A DNA stretch of 64,000 nucleotides from Chiloscyllium plagiosum (lineage: Eukaryota): contig NC_057719.1 in the NCBI RefSeq assembly GCF_004010195.1, forward strand, positions 38,620,401 to 38,684,400. The letters run 5' to 3'. This document shows, piece by piece, positions 38,440-51,300 of this stretch. Both the position numbers and the translations under genes were made by a program. Within the stretch, counting starts at the first letter, position 1. The number at the start of each line of letters is the position of its first letter. The notes below the pieces were generated by a model that made no database searches, was not told where the DNA came from, and saw nothing but the letters and a program-made list of their open reading frames with translations.

Positions 38440-39150
38440 ATAGAATCATAGAGACATACAACACAGAAAAAGATCCTTCAATCCAACCAGTCCATATCGA
38501 GCATAGTCCTACTCCCTAAACTACTCCCACCTGCCTGAGCTTTGCCCATATTCCTCCATAGATTTCTTATTCATGTACTTGTTTAGATCTTTCAGGAATC
38601 ATAGAGTCATAGTCATATAGCACGGAAACAGACCCTTTGACCCAACTAATCCATATTAACCATAATCCCAAACTAGTCCCACCTGCCTGCTCCTGGGCCA
38701 TACTCGTCCAAACCTTTCTTAATCATGTACATATCAAAGTGTAATTGTGCCCACATCCACCTTTGGAAGCTCATTCCACATATGAACCACTCTCTGAGTA
38801 AAGCATTGCCCTCATGTATTTTTAAACCTTTCTCCGCTCACCTTAAAAATATGCCTGCTACTCTTGAAATCCGAAACCCTAGGAAACAGACACATGCCAT
38901 TCACCTTATCTATACCCCTCGATCTCCTACGCTCCAGTGATAAATGTTCCAGCCTATTCAGCCTTTCCTTGTAACTCAAACCCTTTATTCATTGCAACAT
39001 CCTGGTAATTCTTTCTGAATCCTGTCTGACTAAATCATATCCTTCCTATAACAGTGTGACTAGAATTGGATACAACATGCCAGAAGAGGCCTCATCAATT
39101 GTCCTGTACAGCCTCAACATGATGTCCCATTTCCTATACTCAAAGATCGA
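38440..39150 (-). mobile_element. Two tandem CR1 3' ends
   Basis: ATCATAGAG..ATA tails at ~38445 and ~38598, each followed by the reverse-complement CR1 3' UTR. Confidence 0.75.
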
Positions 39151-39156
39151 AGCAAT

Positions 39157-39262
39157 GCTTCATCAGCTCTGATGAAGAGTCATCTAGACTCAAAAAATAG
39201 CTTGCTCTTTTTCCATTGATGCAGCCTGAGTCACTGTGAACTCTAGCATTTGTTGTTTACAG
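39157..39262 (+). mobile_element. Penelope-like terminal repeat, third family, with hammerhead-core remnant
   Basis: CTGATGA(39169)-AGAGTC-ATCTA-GACTC-AAAAAATAGC, preceded by a short inverted CTTCATCAG. Confidence 0.7.
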
Positions 39263-39547
39263 TATCTCATATCCCTTCTTTGCCTTCCTCATCTCCTTCT
39301 TAAGAATGCCCCTACACTCTCTATGTTGTTCTAGAGATTCATTTGAACCCAGTTACCCATAAAATACATGATTCTTTTTTATTCTTGACTAGAGCCTCAA
39401 TATCTTTATTCATCTATTGTTCCCTAATTCTACCAGCCTTACCTTTCACTCTAACAGGAATATAATGAGTCTGAATTCTCATTATCGCACTTTTGAAAGC
39501 CTACCACTTATCAGACAATGGTCTGCTTCTGCTCCTATTTTGTATGT

Positions 39548-40060
39548 TTGCAGCAAAGTCATCCATGATGTCCTCAAAAATATATGAAGTTTATCATTTT
39601 CTAAGCATGTAAAACTTAGTTCAGACAGCTTTTCTTGCAGCATTGTTGTCTACAGTTAGTGGACTTAAAAGTCACAGAAACTAACATTTTCCTGAGCAGT
39701 TTGTTATCATTAGACTTAAAACAAGCTTCAACATTGCTTTCACATTATTGATTCTTATCTCACGGGATAAACTGAAACAGATCTTGATAGCATAAATGTC
39801 CTTGACTTGAATCATTTTCCTTGACATAAGCTTGGAAGTGCTTTATTTCTCCAACAAGGATAAGCATCAACTTCATCAGAATAATCTTTCAACAGAAGGT
39901 TTATGCTTTTATACAGCTGTTTTCCCAAGGCATCTTAACTAAAAATGAAAAGAATGCAATATTTTTATATGATCACTCTTTCTTCAAGTTGGTTTCATCA
40001 CAGGAATAAAGAATTTCACTCAAACTTTGTCTTTTGCAGAAAATATGCTGTCAGCATCAG
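39548..40060 (-). pseudogene. hAT-superfamily transposase fossil (C-terminal dimerisation domain)
   Basis: Minus-strand pieces NVKAMLKLVLSLMITNCSGKC*F, TTMLQEKLSELSFTCLENDKL and FEDIMDDFAA match the hAT C-terminal pattern (..TNCSGERSFS...LRSTM.Q.RL..LS...IE..F..II..FA); LVGEIKHFQAYV lies upstream. Confidence 0.8.
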
Positions 40061-40120
40061 ATAAATCTACAGATTTGATGGGGAAGGAATTTTGTTGGAT
40101 CATCAACTTAAGTGATGGTA

Positions 40121-40291
40121 AAAGTCAAAAGAAGTGCAGATGCTGTAAATCAGAAACAAAAACAGAATTTGCTGGAAAAGCTCAGCAGGTCTAGCAGCAT
40201 CTGTGAAGAGAAATCAAAGATAATGTTTGGTGACCCTTCCTCAGAACTTCTGAACTGCTAGCTTTTCCAGCAACTTCTGTTTTTGTTTGTG
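40121..40291. mobile_element. Partly inverted Penelope-like insertion
   Basis: AAACAAAAACAGAATTTGCTGGAAAAGC is inverted to GCTTTTCCAGCAACTTCTGTTTTTGTTT; TSD AAG(T/A)GATGGTA at 40110-40120 and 40292-40302. Confidence 0.75.
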
Positions 40292-40691
40292 AAGAGATGG
40301 TATTGTGAGTAGATGTATTTTGCTTTGCCGTGTGTTTTAAATCTTTCAAACTGTATTATGTAGATAGCATGATTTGCTTTATTATATGTTTATATTTTGT
40401 GTCATAACTTCAGTTTCATTTCTGAAACAAAACCTGTAGCATTATGTACTTATGTTTCAGTGAAAAAAAAACTTCATTAAATTATAAAACACAAGAACAT
40501 GGACTATCAGGTTAGATTTCATTCTGGGATCTGGCATCCATTAGTAACAAAGCTGGAATCAAAACGAATTCCTCTTGTAATAAAGAATAGTATCCCATTA
40601 GCGTTCTTTATTACATACTATACCAGCATACAAAGGTCCAAAACCACCTAAATATTGCAGCTCGGAATTCTGCACTTGTTCTTAAGTAATA

Positions 40692-41020
40692 CAGGTACAC
40701 AATCCTTTATCCAAAATTCTGAAATCCAAAAAGCTCTGAAATTCATTTTGTAGAGTGTGGAGTGTAATTTTGGCACACGAACCAGTGACCCAATTCCACA
40801 CCCACTTGAACCATGTCACTCACATGTGACATGGCAGCGTGGCCCAGCACTGGCAGGCACCAAATGTGTCTCAGTGCTCGTACTATTCACATATGCATCA
40901 GCTGTCAGGTAATTTTTTTTGATTTCACTGTGAAAATGTCATTTATTCCGAAATCTGAAAAATTCTGAATTCCGAAAACAACTGGCCCCTAAGGATTTCA
41001 GATAAAGGATTGTGTACCTG
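40692..41020. mobile_element. Non-autonomous Tc1/mariner-pogo (Tigger-like) DNA transposon, 329 bp
   Basis: Perfect 20 bp TIRs CAGGTACACAATCCTTTATC (40692-40711) and GATAAAGGATTGTGTACCTG (41001-41020); TA duplicated on both sides. Confidence 0.9.
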
Positions 41021-42856
41021 TACTCTGTTCTTTTTAAATTCTTACTGCCAAAGTGAACAACTTTGTATTTATTCACATTATTGTCCATCTGCCAGATTTT
41101 TGCCCACCTATTCAATCTATCCACATTCATCTGCAACTTCCTAATGTCTTCTTCACCACATGCTTTCCTAATATCTTGGTGTCATCTGAAAACAGCTGTG
41201 AGGCCATCAGTCCCCTCATCTAAGTTGTTGATGCAAATTGCAAGACATTTCCATCCCAGCACAAACTACTGTGGGACTCCACTTGTTACATTCTGCTAAT
41301 CAATAAATCATTCATGAATACTCTCATTTTCTGCTAGCCACTCGTCTTCCATCCATGAAACTATGTTACCCCTACACCATGAGCATTCATTTTCTGCAAT
41401 AAACTTATGAAATGCCTTCTGGAAATACAAGTATAGTATGTCTACAGGATCTCCAATTAATTGCTTAAATATGATTTCCGATTGAGCAAACCATACCAAC
41501 TCTTCTCAATTCCTTGAGTTTTCTAAATGCTGAGCTGTAATCTATTTAATGACTGATTATAATACTTTCTTCTCTCGGACATTAACTAAAAGCTCTATAA
41601 TTTCCTGTTTTCTGCCTCCCCAACTTCTTCAATAGAGGGATTATATTTACTATTTTGCAGTCTATTGGCACCATACGACATTAGCAGCAGAAGTAGACCA
41701 TTCAGTGTGAATCTGCACCATCACACAATGAGATCATGGCTGTTCTGATAATCCTCAACTCCACTTTTCTTATTTTTCCTATAACCCTGGATTTCCTTAC
41801 TGGTTAAATAGCTATCTATCTCATTCTTGAATTTACCTACCCCAGTTGGGCCTCAACAACCCTCTGCAGTAAAAAATTCCACATAGTCATACCCTCTGAC
41901 ATAACAAATTCCTCCTAATCTCTGCCTAAAATGTGCAACTCCTTGTTCTGAAATCATCTTAAACTCTCTCACAAGGCAAAACAAAACTTTATATAACTCC
42001 CCTGTCAAGCCCTCTAAGAATCTTGTATGTTTCAAAAGATTGCTTCACATCTTCTTAATGACAATGGGTACAGGGCTAACCTCTCCTATTAAAAGGTTCC
42101 TCCATACCTGGTATCAGTCTGGTGTACCTTCTCTGGATTGCCTCCAATGTCAATATATCTTTCCTTAGATAAGGGTTGCAAAATTGTTCACAGTTTTCCA
42201 GCTGCAGTCTGACTACTGCTTTGCTACTTTCAGCAAAACATCCCTATTTTTATACTCCATTGCCTTTGAAATAAAGAAAACACTCCATTTATCTTCCTTA
42301 CTACCTGCTGAGCTTGGATGCTAGCCTTATGTGACTCATGGATGAGGGCTCCCAAATCCCTCTGTGGCTTTCTGTAGTCTTTCTCTGTTTAAATAATATT
42401 CAGCTCTTCTTCCCACCAAAGTGCATAACCTCACATTTTTCCCACTTTATTTTCTATCACCCAAATTTTTGCCACTCACTAAATTTATCTACATCCCTCT
42501 GCAGAGTCGTTGTGTCATCCTCACCACTTGCCTTCACATCTACTTTTATATCATCCACAAACTTGACATAGTACATTCATTTTCTTCATCCAAATCAACA
42601 ATATATATTGCAAATAATTGTGGCCCCAGTACTAATCCCTGTGGCACATGACTATTTGAAGGATGCCCCCATCTCAACTCCTCTCATCTAATAATCAGCC
42701 AATCTTCTATTCATGCTGATATACTGTTCCAATGCCATGGACGCATCTTATTAAGTGGATTATTGTGTGGTATCTCATCAAATGCCATCTGAAATTTCAA
42801 ATAAATTACAAAAACTGTTTCTCCTCTTTCTGCTCAGCTTGCTCCACATCAAATAA

Positions 42857-43391
42857 TTGCGTGCAATTCTGGTCTCATTCCTATCGGAAGGATGTTGTGA
42901 AACTTGAAAGTGTTCAGAAAAGATTTATGAAGATGTTGCCAGGGTTGGAGGATTTGAGCTATAGAGAGAGGTTGAATAGGCTGGGACTGTTTTCGCTGAA
43001 GCTGAGGGGTGACGTTACAGAGGTTTATTAAATCACGAGGGGCATGGATAGGAGAAATAGATAAGATCTTTTTCCTGTGGTGGGAGAGTCCAGAACTAGA
43101 GGCATAGGTTTAGGGTGAGAGGGAAAAGATATAAAAGGGACCTAAGGGGAAACATTTTCATGCAGAGGGTGGTGTGTGTATGGAATGAGCTGCCAGAGGA
43201 AGTGGTGAAGGCTGGTATAATTACAGCATTTGAAAGGCATCTGGATGAATATATGAATAGGAAGGGTTTAGAGGGATATCGGCCAAGTGCTGGCAAATGG
43301 GACTAGATTAGCTTAGGATATCTGGTTGGCATGGACGAGTTGGACTGAAGGATCTGGTTCTGTGCTATACATTTCTATGACTATGACTCTA
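42857..43391 (+). mobile_element. CR1 3' fragment (nested)
   Basis: CVQFWSHSYRKDVVKLESVQKRFMKMLPGL..., WNELPEEVV; TATGACTATGACT tail. Confidence 0.9.
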
Positions 43392-43628
43392 AGTCAATTT
43401 ATCAATTTCCTCTTTGTGAAGCTGTGCTGACTCTGCTCATATTATGTATTTCTAAATGCTTTGCTGTTACATTCTTTATAATAGAGACGTGAACATTTTT
43501 TCAAGAGTAGATATTAAGCTTACTGGCCCATGTTTCCTGTTTTTTGTCTCCTTCCCTTTTTAAATAAACATGTTACATTGGCAGTTTTCAATTCCTCTTG
43601 GACTTTCCAAAAATCTAAAGCTACAAAG

Positions 43629-44212
43629 TTATGTTGAGTTTGTATAGGACATTGGTGAGGCCTCTTCTGGGATACCTTATCCAGTTCTGGTCACCCATTT
43701 ATAGGAAGGATATTACTAAGCTGGCGAGGGTTCAGAGGATATTTACCAGGATATTTACCAGGATATTGTCAGGTACGGAAGGTTTGAGTTATAATGAAAG
43801 GTTGGTTAGGCTGGGATTTTTTTCACTGGAATGTAGGATGTTGAGAGGTGACCTTATAGAAGTCTATCAAATCATGAGGGATATAGTTAGGGTTAATGAT
43901 AGGTGTCTTCTTCCTAGGGTTGGGGATTTCAAGACTAGGGGCACATTTTTAAGGTGAGAGGAGAGAGATTTAAAAAAAAGACATGAGGGGCAAAATTTTA
44001 TTTACAGAGAGTGACCCACATGTGGTATGCACTTCCTGAGTAAGTGGTGGATTGGACACATTACACTTTGACAAGTACATCACTAAGAAAGGTTAGGAGG
44101 GATATGGCCCAAGAGCGGACAGGTGGGACTAGTTTAGTTTGGAATTATGGTCAGTATGGACTGATTAGACCAAAGGGTCTGTTTCTGTTCTGTATGACTC
44201 TATGACTCTATG
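43629..44212 (+). mobile_element. CR1 3' fragment (nested)
   Basis: MLSLYRTLVRPLL...LRGDLIEVY; TATGACTCTATGACTCTATG tail; internal 12 bp triplication AGGATATTTACC. Confidence 0.9.
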
Positions 44213-45409
44213 ACACCATGATTCCTGGAAGATTGCTACTAATGCATCCACTGTCTCTGTAACAATTTCGTTCAATGTCCTATGCTGCATCCCATCAGGT
44301 CTAGGGGACCTACTGGTTTTTAACCCCACTAGTTTCCCTAGCATATTTTGTCTAGTGTTAGTTGTTGTATTTATTTTCTCTTCTCCTTTTACCCTGTGAT
44401 TATTTTGTAATTTTGTAATATTATTAATGTCTTCTATTATGAAGACTGATGCAAAGTATTTATTCAACTCCTCTGCCATTTCCTGTTTCCCCATTATCAA
44501 TTCTCCAGCCTTCTTCTCTAAGGGGCCTATGTTCACTTTGGCTTCTTATATTTAAATATACATTCATACATATTTAAATTCCTGTTTATTTAAATAAGTT
44601 CTTGCTGTCCTTCTTAATTTTACTGGCAAGTTTACTCTTAGTATTTTTTTTCCAATTATTTGGTTGTCTTTTGTTGGTGTTTTTAAAATTTTCTCAATCT
44701 TCTGGATTATCACTAACCTTTCTCACACGTATGTTTTTTTCTTTCAATATGATGCTATCCTTAACTTTCCCACTTAACCCTGGTTGGTTTATCCCCTTCC
44801 TAGAATCCTTCTTCCTCACTAGTATATATCTTAGCTGTGAGCCATGAACTATTTTCTTAAGCATCTGCATTGTTTCTCAACTGACTTTGCTGCTGAATTC
44901 CATTCTGTGTCTACTCCAGCCAGGTGCTGCACTCATTTCTTTGTAATTGCCCTTGTTTAAGCTTAGCACATTTGCTCCTGACCTAAGTTCATCTCTCTAA
45001 AATGGAATGCTAAATTCTAATATGTTATGGTCACTATTTTCAAGGGCATCTTTTACTGTGACATCATCTATTAAAGAAGCCGTATTACACGTCACCAGAT
45101 CCAAAATAGCCTGATTCCTGATGGATCCACAAAATATTATTCTGGAAAACGGTCTCAAATACACTGTATGAATTCTTCCTTATGGTTATCTCTGCAAACT
45201 GACTATTTCAATTTACATGAAGATTAAAGTCACCCATGAGGTACTGCCTTTGTTCCAAGCCCTCAAAATCTGATTTATTCTTTGTTCCACTGTATAGCAA
45301 CTGTTAGGAGGCCATATGCTACTCCTACCAATGTCATAGAGTCATAGAGTCTTACAACACGGAGACAGGCCCTTTGGCCCAAATTGGTCTATGCTGACCA
45401 AAATGTCCA

Positions 45410-45587
45410 ATAGCTTTATTTGAAAGCACGAGTTTTTGGAGCACTGCTCCTTCATCAGGTGGTTGTGGATGAAAGAGCAGTGCTCCAAAAGCTAGTGCTT
45501 CCAATAAACCTGTTGTTTGATAACCTGGTGTTGTGTGATTTTTAATTTTGTATACCCCAGTCCAACACCGGCACCTCCAAAGCATGG
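45410..45587. mobile_element. Self-inverted Penelope-like insertion (same family as 30459-30653)
   Basis: Minus strand CTGATGA-AGGAGC-AGT-GCTCC-AAAAACTC; TSD-like CCA(A/T)AATGTCCA at 45398-45409 and 45588-45599. Confidence 0.8.
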
Positions 45588-47074
45588 CCATAATGTCCAT
45601 CTTAACTTCTTTCTCTTTATCTTTCTTTCCTCCACCCATATTGTTACTGCTTTTTCTGATTCAATATCATTTCTTGCTATGTATTCCATCCTGTACCAAC
45701 GGTGCTCCTCCACCACCCTGACCTTCCTGCCTATCCTTTCAAAAAGACACATACCTGGAATATTTAGTTCCCTGATTTGTCACCTTGTAACTATGTTGTA
45801 ACCAATGGCTGTAAGCTCATACCTGTAACTATGCAGTAAATTCATTTATTTTGTTTTGTCTACTACATACATTTCCTGAATTTAGGAAATTTTGAAAAAT
45901 TAACACCAATGCATCTATTAGCTCATCAACAACTTCTTTTAAAGCTCTAGGATTAAAGCTGTCAGGACCCAGAGACTTTGCAGCCTGCACCCCCAAATTA
46001 GTTCTATCATTTATTTTAATACCACTTCCCTCATGGTTGTAATTTCACTAATGTCCTCTCTCCCTTCCACCTTGCGATTTATAACTATCACTGGCATGTT
46101 GCTTTTGTATCCCCCATAGTGAAGATAGACAAAACATGTGTTCATATCATCTAGCATTTCCTTCTTACTTATTACTAACTCCCTATTCTTATTTTGTAGA
46201 GGACCAACCCTCACATTATTTACTCTTTTCTTTTGAAAAACCAATCAAAATCTTGTTATCTGTTCTTCTTTAAAAAGCAAGTTTCCTCTAATTCTCTAAT
46301 TTCGTCATCCTGATTAACCTTTCAGTCATTTTCTGTTGTTCATTATATTCTGACCAATTATCTGAACTGTCACTCATCTTTGTACAGTTATATACTTTTA
46401 TTTAAGTTTGAGCTTTGTCTAACTTCTTTAGTTAACCTCAAAATGTTAATCCTTCCTTTAGAATTTTTCTCTGTAGCAGATATACCTATTCTGAGCATTC
46501 TAAAATATCCTCTTACATTTCTACCACTGTGTCTCTATTGATCTATCCCTTAGCCCAGTATTTCAATTCACTGGAGCTAGCTCAGCTTTCATGCCGACAT
46601 GGTTGTTTTTATTTAGACTTAAAATACAAGCCTTAGACCCAGTTTTCCCCTTTCAAACTGGCTGTACAATTCAATCATTTTCTGTTTGCTGCTATCTGGA
46701 TGTGCCTTTACTCTGAGACCATTAAGAAATCCTATCACATTACACAATAACAAGTCAAATATAACCTGCTGCCTAGTTGGTTCCAATTGCGCGACTTGAT
46801 GAAACTAACATGAAAGCACGCGATGAACTCTTCATCTAGGCTACTCCTGTCAAACTGATTTCTTCATTCTATGTGTAGATTAAAGTTACCCATTGTTATT
46901 GTCACTTCTTTACCACAAGCCCTCAATATTTCTTCTTGAAAACTTATTTCTAGATTGTGGTTAATATTAGTCGGCCTTTAGACCACGAACATTAGTGACT
47001 TAATTTTTATCACTTCCATCCAAAATGATTCTGCATCCTGATCTCCTGAGCTAAGCTATTCTCTAAACTATTGC

Positions 47075-49120
47075 ACAAGATTTAGAGGAGATGTGAAGAA
47101 AAATCTTTTCACCCAGAGGGTGGTGGGAATCTCATAGAGTCATATAGCATAAAAACAGACCCTTCAGCCCATCATATCTGTGCAGACCAATAAGCACCAA
47201 ACTACATTAATCCCATTTACCTGCACTCGCTCCATAGTCTACCATACCCCAACATTTTATATACTCATCCAGATACGCTTAACTATTGCTGGACTATCTA
47301 CCTCCACTACCCATTTAGACAGCATGTCTCATATTTCTATCATCCTGAGTGAAAAAAATATTTTTTAGATCTCCACTAAACCACTTGCTCCTCACCTTTA
47401 ACCTATGCCTTCTGGTCTTACACATGTCTGCCATGGGGAAAACTTCTTACGATCTACTCTCTCTATGCCTCTCATAACTTTGTATACCTCAATCAGATCT
47501 TCCCACAGTCTCCTCTGTTCCAAGGAAAGCAAACCCAGCCTATCCAGTCTCTTCTCATTACTGAGACTTTTCATCCCAGGCAATATCCTAGTGAATCTCC
47601 TCCACATCCTCTCCAGTGCAATCGTATCTTTCCAATAGTGTGGAACTCACTGCCAGTAAGAGTGGTCGAGGCAGAAACCTTCGTAACATTTGAGAAGTAT
47701 TTAGCTGTGCACTTATAAAGACAAGGAATCAAGGCTGTGGGCCAAGTGCTGGAAAATGGGATTACAATAGTTAGGTGGTTTTGTTTTGACTGGTGTGGAC
47801 ACAATGTGCTGAAAGCTTTTTTCAGTACTATAGATATTTATGATTTTATTAAGCTAAACACCACCCTTGAATAGCAGAGCAACCCCCGCTTCACCATTAC
47901 TGATTTTCCTATTTTTCTGGAATATCATATACCCCTTCATGTTCAAGTTCAAATCCTTGTCATACTGCAGCCATGTCTCTGTAGTGGCTATCAGATCATA
48001 TTGATTTACTTTATCTAAGGAATTCAAGATCTAATCTTTACCATGCAGCCATGTCCCTGTAGCAGCTATCAAATTACTTTTGTTCACTTTATCTAAGCAA
48101 AGATGTACTGGCATTAGAGGGAGTCCGGAGAAGGTTCACCAGGTTGATTCTGGGTTTGGATGGATTTTTTTTATTAGGAGAGTTTGAGTGTGTTGGGTTA
48201 GTGTACTCTGGAACTTAGAATAAAGAGGCCCGATTGAAACCTATAAGATTCTTAGAGGCTTGATAACTTGGATGTGGAGAAGTTGTTTTCTTTTGTGAGG
48301 GCGTCTAGGACCAGAGGGCAAAATCCCAGAGTTAGGGGGAACCCAGTTAAAACAGAGTTGAGGAGGATTTTCTTCTCTCACAGGGTAGTGAATCTGTGAA
48401 ATTCTTTACCCTAGAGTGCTGTCAAGTTTGGATCATTAAGTATATTCAAGCTTGACATCAACAGATTTTTAATTGGTAAGGGATTTAAGGGTTATGGGGG
48501 AAAGGCAGGAAAGTAGAGTTAAGGGTTTTGGAGTACTGTGTACAATTCTGGTTGCCCTGCTGTTATTAAATTGGAGAGGGTTTAGAAAATATTCAGAAAA
48601 GAAAAGATGTTGCTGGGACTGGAGGGTTTGGTTATAAGGAGAAGTTGAATAGGCCGGGACTATTTTCACCGGAGCGTAGGCAAATGAGTGGTGACCTTAT
48701 AGAGGTTTATAAATTAAAGGGATAAGCTGAAAATCAAAGTTCCTTTACCTAGGGTGGGGGAGTTCAAAATTAGGGAGCTTATTTTTAGGGTGAGAGGAGA
48801 AAGATTTAAAAGGGACCTGAGGGGCAACACTTTCACTCAGAGGGTGATTTGTCTATGGAATGGTAGATGCAGGTACAGTTACAACATTTAAATGATATTT
48901 GGAAAAGTACATGAATATGAAAGGTTTAGAGGGATTTGGGCAAAATACAGGCAGGTGGGACTCATTTAGTTTGGGAAACTTGGTCAGCATAGACAAGTTA
49001 GATCAAAAAGTCTGTTCCATGCTGTATGCCTCTATGAATCTGTCATCAGATCAGTATTGATCTCATTGAAGAAAGGAGCAGACTCAAAGAGCTGAATGGC
49101 CTACTTCTGTGTTATGGTAT
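47075..49120. mobile_element. Several nested CR1 3' fragments on both strands
   Basis: ORF 47398-47607 (RRFTRILPGMKSL...EQRRLWEDLIEVYK) sits inside a plus-strand CR1 end; further plus-strand CR1 ends at 48100-49040. Confidence 0.75.
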
Positions 49121-50137
49121 TATTTACTTCAACTTCAAGAGAATCTAGGGATAGGCAATAATTGCTAATCCAGCGAACATCATCCACATTCCCGAACGAA
49201 TAAAAAAAATCTGCATTATCAATGTATTTACTTTGTTATGAATGCTAAACATATTCAGATAAAGAGTTTTTAGTTTTGTACTGCTGTTAATCTTTGTAAC
49301 ATCTCAGTTGATTGTTGGTGTATTCCTCAGATATTTTTCTCTATGCCCCTTTCCACCATTCTCATACAATCATGTCCCATATTCCCTTACCCTTGTCTCT
49401 ACTTCTTGAAATAACACATCTTTCCACACTTGATCCTTTGCTTCTACTGTTTAGTTTAAAACACTGTCACTTCCCTAATTATGTAGCTCACAAGATCATT
49501 GGCACTAGCATGATTCAAGTGTAGACTGACCCAATGGTACAGCCCTCACATTCCCCAATACTGGTGTCACTCGCCCATGAACTGGAATCCCTTCTTTCCA
49601 CACCAGAACTGACCCACATATTCATCTGTCAAATTTTGCATGTGCTTCAGAGAATAATTCAGAAACTATAATCTTTGAGGTTTTGCTTTTTAATTTATTG
49701 GCTAGCTCCACATACTCTCTTTGCAAAACCTCTTTCCTAGTTCTTCCTATGTCGTTGGTGCCAACATGGACTAGATCCACTGGATCCTCAACCTTACCAT
49801 CCTGGCACCAGCTGGGAACACGTCTACCTGAATTCTTGTTCTTTGCTGCAAAAAAAACAAGGAAAGAAAATATATAAATTTAAATGCAGGTTCTATTGTT
49901 TCTTCCATATAGTAAGTGCTGATCTGTGCAATTGCTCTTCTAGCATAAAAGTTTTCAAATATGATTATAAGAAATCATAAAGTTCTTTTGTTTGAGCATA
50001 TTGCATATAGCAATGAAAACATTTAAGATGCATGTTCTGGTTATATTCATTTCTTTGTTCCATCTTTGCCTATATGTGTGAGGAAATATAAAGATTTTGT
50101 ATTTCTATTTTCATTGTTCTTTCTGTTAGAGTGATCC

Positions 50138-50540
50138 AACTTTGGCTTGACAATCAGCATCAGGAAAATAAATGCCATGGCTCAGGATTTTGTCATGCCA
50201 TCATCCAGCAGCATTGACAATGTGATGCTGAATGTTGTTGATAGCTTCAAAGAACCAGGTTCCATAATCACTAGTAATTTGTTACTTGATGCTAAAATCC
50301 ATAAATGCATCACAAAAGCCACATTATGGTCAAGAGGAAGATAGTGTGGAACAACGTGGCTGAGAATATTAAGTTGTGAGTCTACCAAGCCTGCATTGTT
50401 TGTGCACTCCTATACAATTGGAAGATTTGGACAACATATGTTAAGCAAAAGAAAATAATGAACAGGTATCATCGCTGTTTCAGACATATCCTCAGCATTT
50501 CTTGGCAGAACTAAATCAGTAACTCAGAGATCCTAGATCC
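50138..50540 (+). mobile_element. RTE-clade LINE RT C-terminal remnant
   Basis: FGLTISIRKINAMAQ...LNVVDSFKEPGSIITSNLLLDAKIHKCITKA follows the RTE pattern FGLTIS.KKT.VM.Q...VVD.F.YLGS.I..N..LD.EI..RI.KA. Confidence 0.7.
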
Positions 50541-50765
50541 GTCCACATAAAAATAACAAAGAATAAAGAATAATAAAGCACATGAACAGGCCCTTCGGCC
50601 TTCCAAGCCAATGCCAACACATTTTGTTCTTCCATACAAAAAAACTGTCTTCACTTACAGGATCCGTATCCCTCTATTCAGAAATGGAAGTTAAGCTTCC
50701 GTCATCAGCACAGCATAGATATGTGTTTCTTCACAGTGCAGTACTTTTCATTGGGTTTAGTTTTC

Positions 50766-51012
50766 TGGACAATGTGACTGTGTGGAGTTTGCACATTCTT
50801 CGCGTCTGTGTGGGTTTCCTCCGAGTGCCCTAGTTTCCTCCCACAATCCAAAAGATGTGCAGGTTAGATGAATCGGCCATGCTAAATTGCCCATAGTGCT
50901 AGATGCATTAGTCAGGGGTAGGGGAATGGGTCTGGGTGGGTTACTCTTCGGAGGGTCGGTGTGAGCTTGTTGGGCAGAAGGGCCTGTTTCCACACTGGAG
51001 GGAATCTAATCT
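50766..51012 (+). mobile_element. 5'-truncated V-SINE (HE1-like)
   Basis: V-domain and GGGCCTGTTTCCACACTG...AATCTAATCT tail as in 14594-14885. Confidence 0.88.
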
Positions 51013-51300
51013 TTAAGAAATGTGACTGGACCCTAATTGACATTTGAAAGGATTGGAAAGGAAATTCTGATTGAATTTCATTTGGGGTGGGAAGATGCCT
51101 GTTCGGAAATTAGACATTTACTCTAAATAGCCAACTTCCATGCCGTGATATTGTGTAATTCAGGCGTAAGGTTACTATGTAGGTTTTGTAGAGAAGCAAA
51201 ATATTTGTACAGTACTTCACAATATGGGTTTGAACAAGGGGAAAATATCTTTGTTTGACTTCAGTCAGGTGACATCTGAAAGAGTGGCAACCAGGGACTA

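Larger units (their letters stand above)
41023..47060 (-). mobile_element. Cluster of old minus-strand CR1 LINEs with nested younger insertions
   Basis: ORF2 remnants (YKVVHFGSKN; LYLYFQKAF; MNIGPLEKKAGELIMGKQEMAEELNKYFASVF; VRVGPLQNKNRELV). Confidence 0.75.

Noticed and set aside
47966..48098. ~55 bp direct duplication (TGCAGCCATGTC...ACTTTATCTAAG)
   Set aside because: Local diverged duplication inside decayed CR1 sequence with no sign of function.
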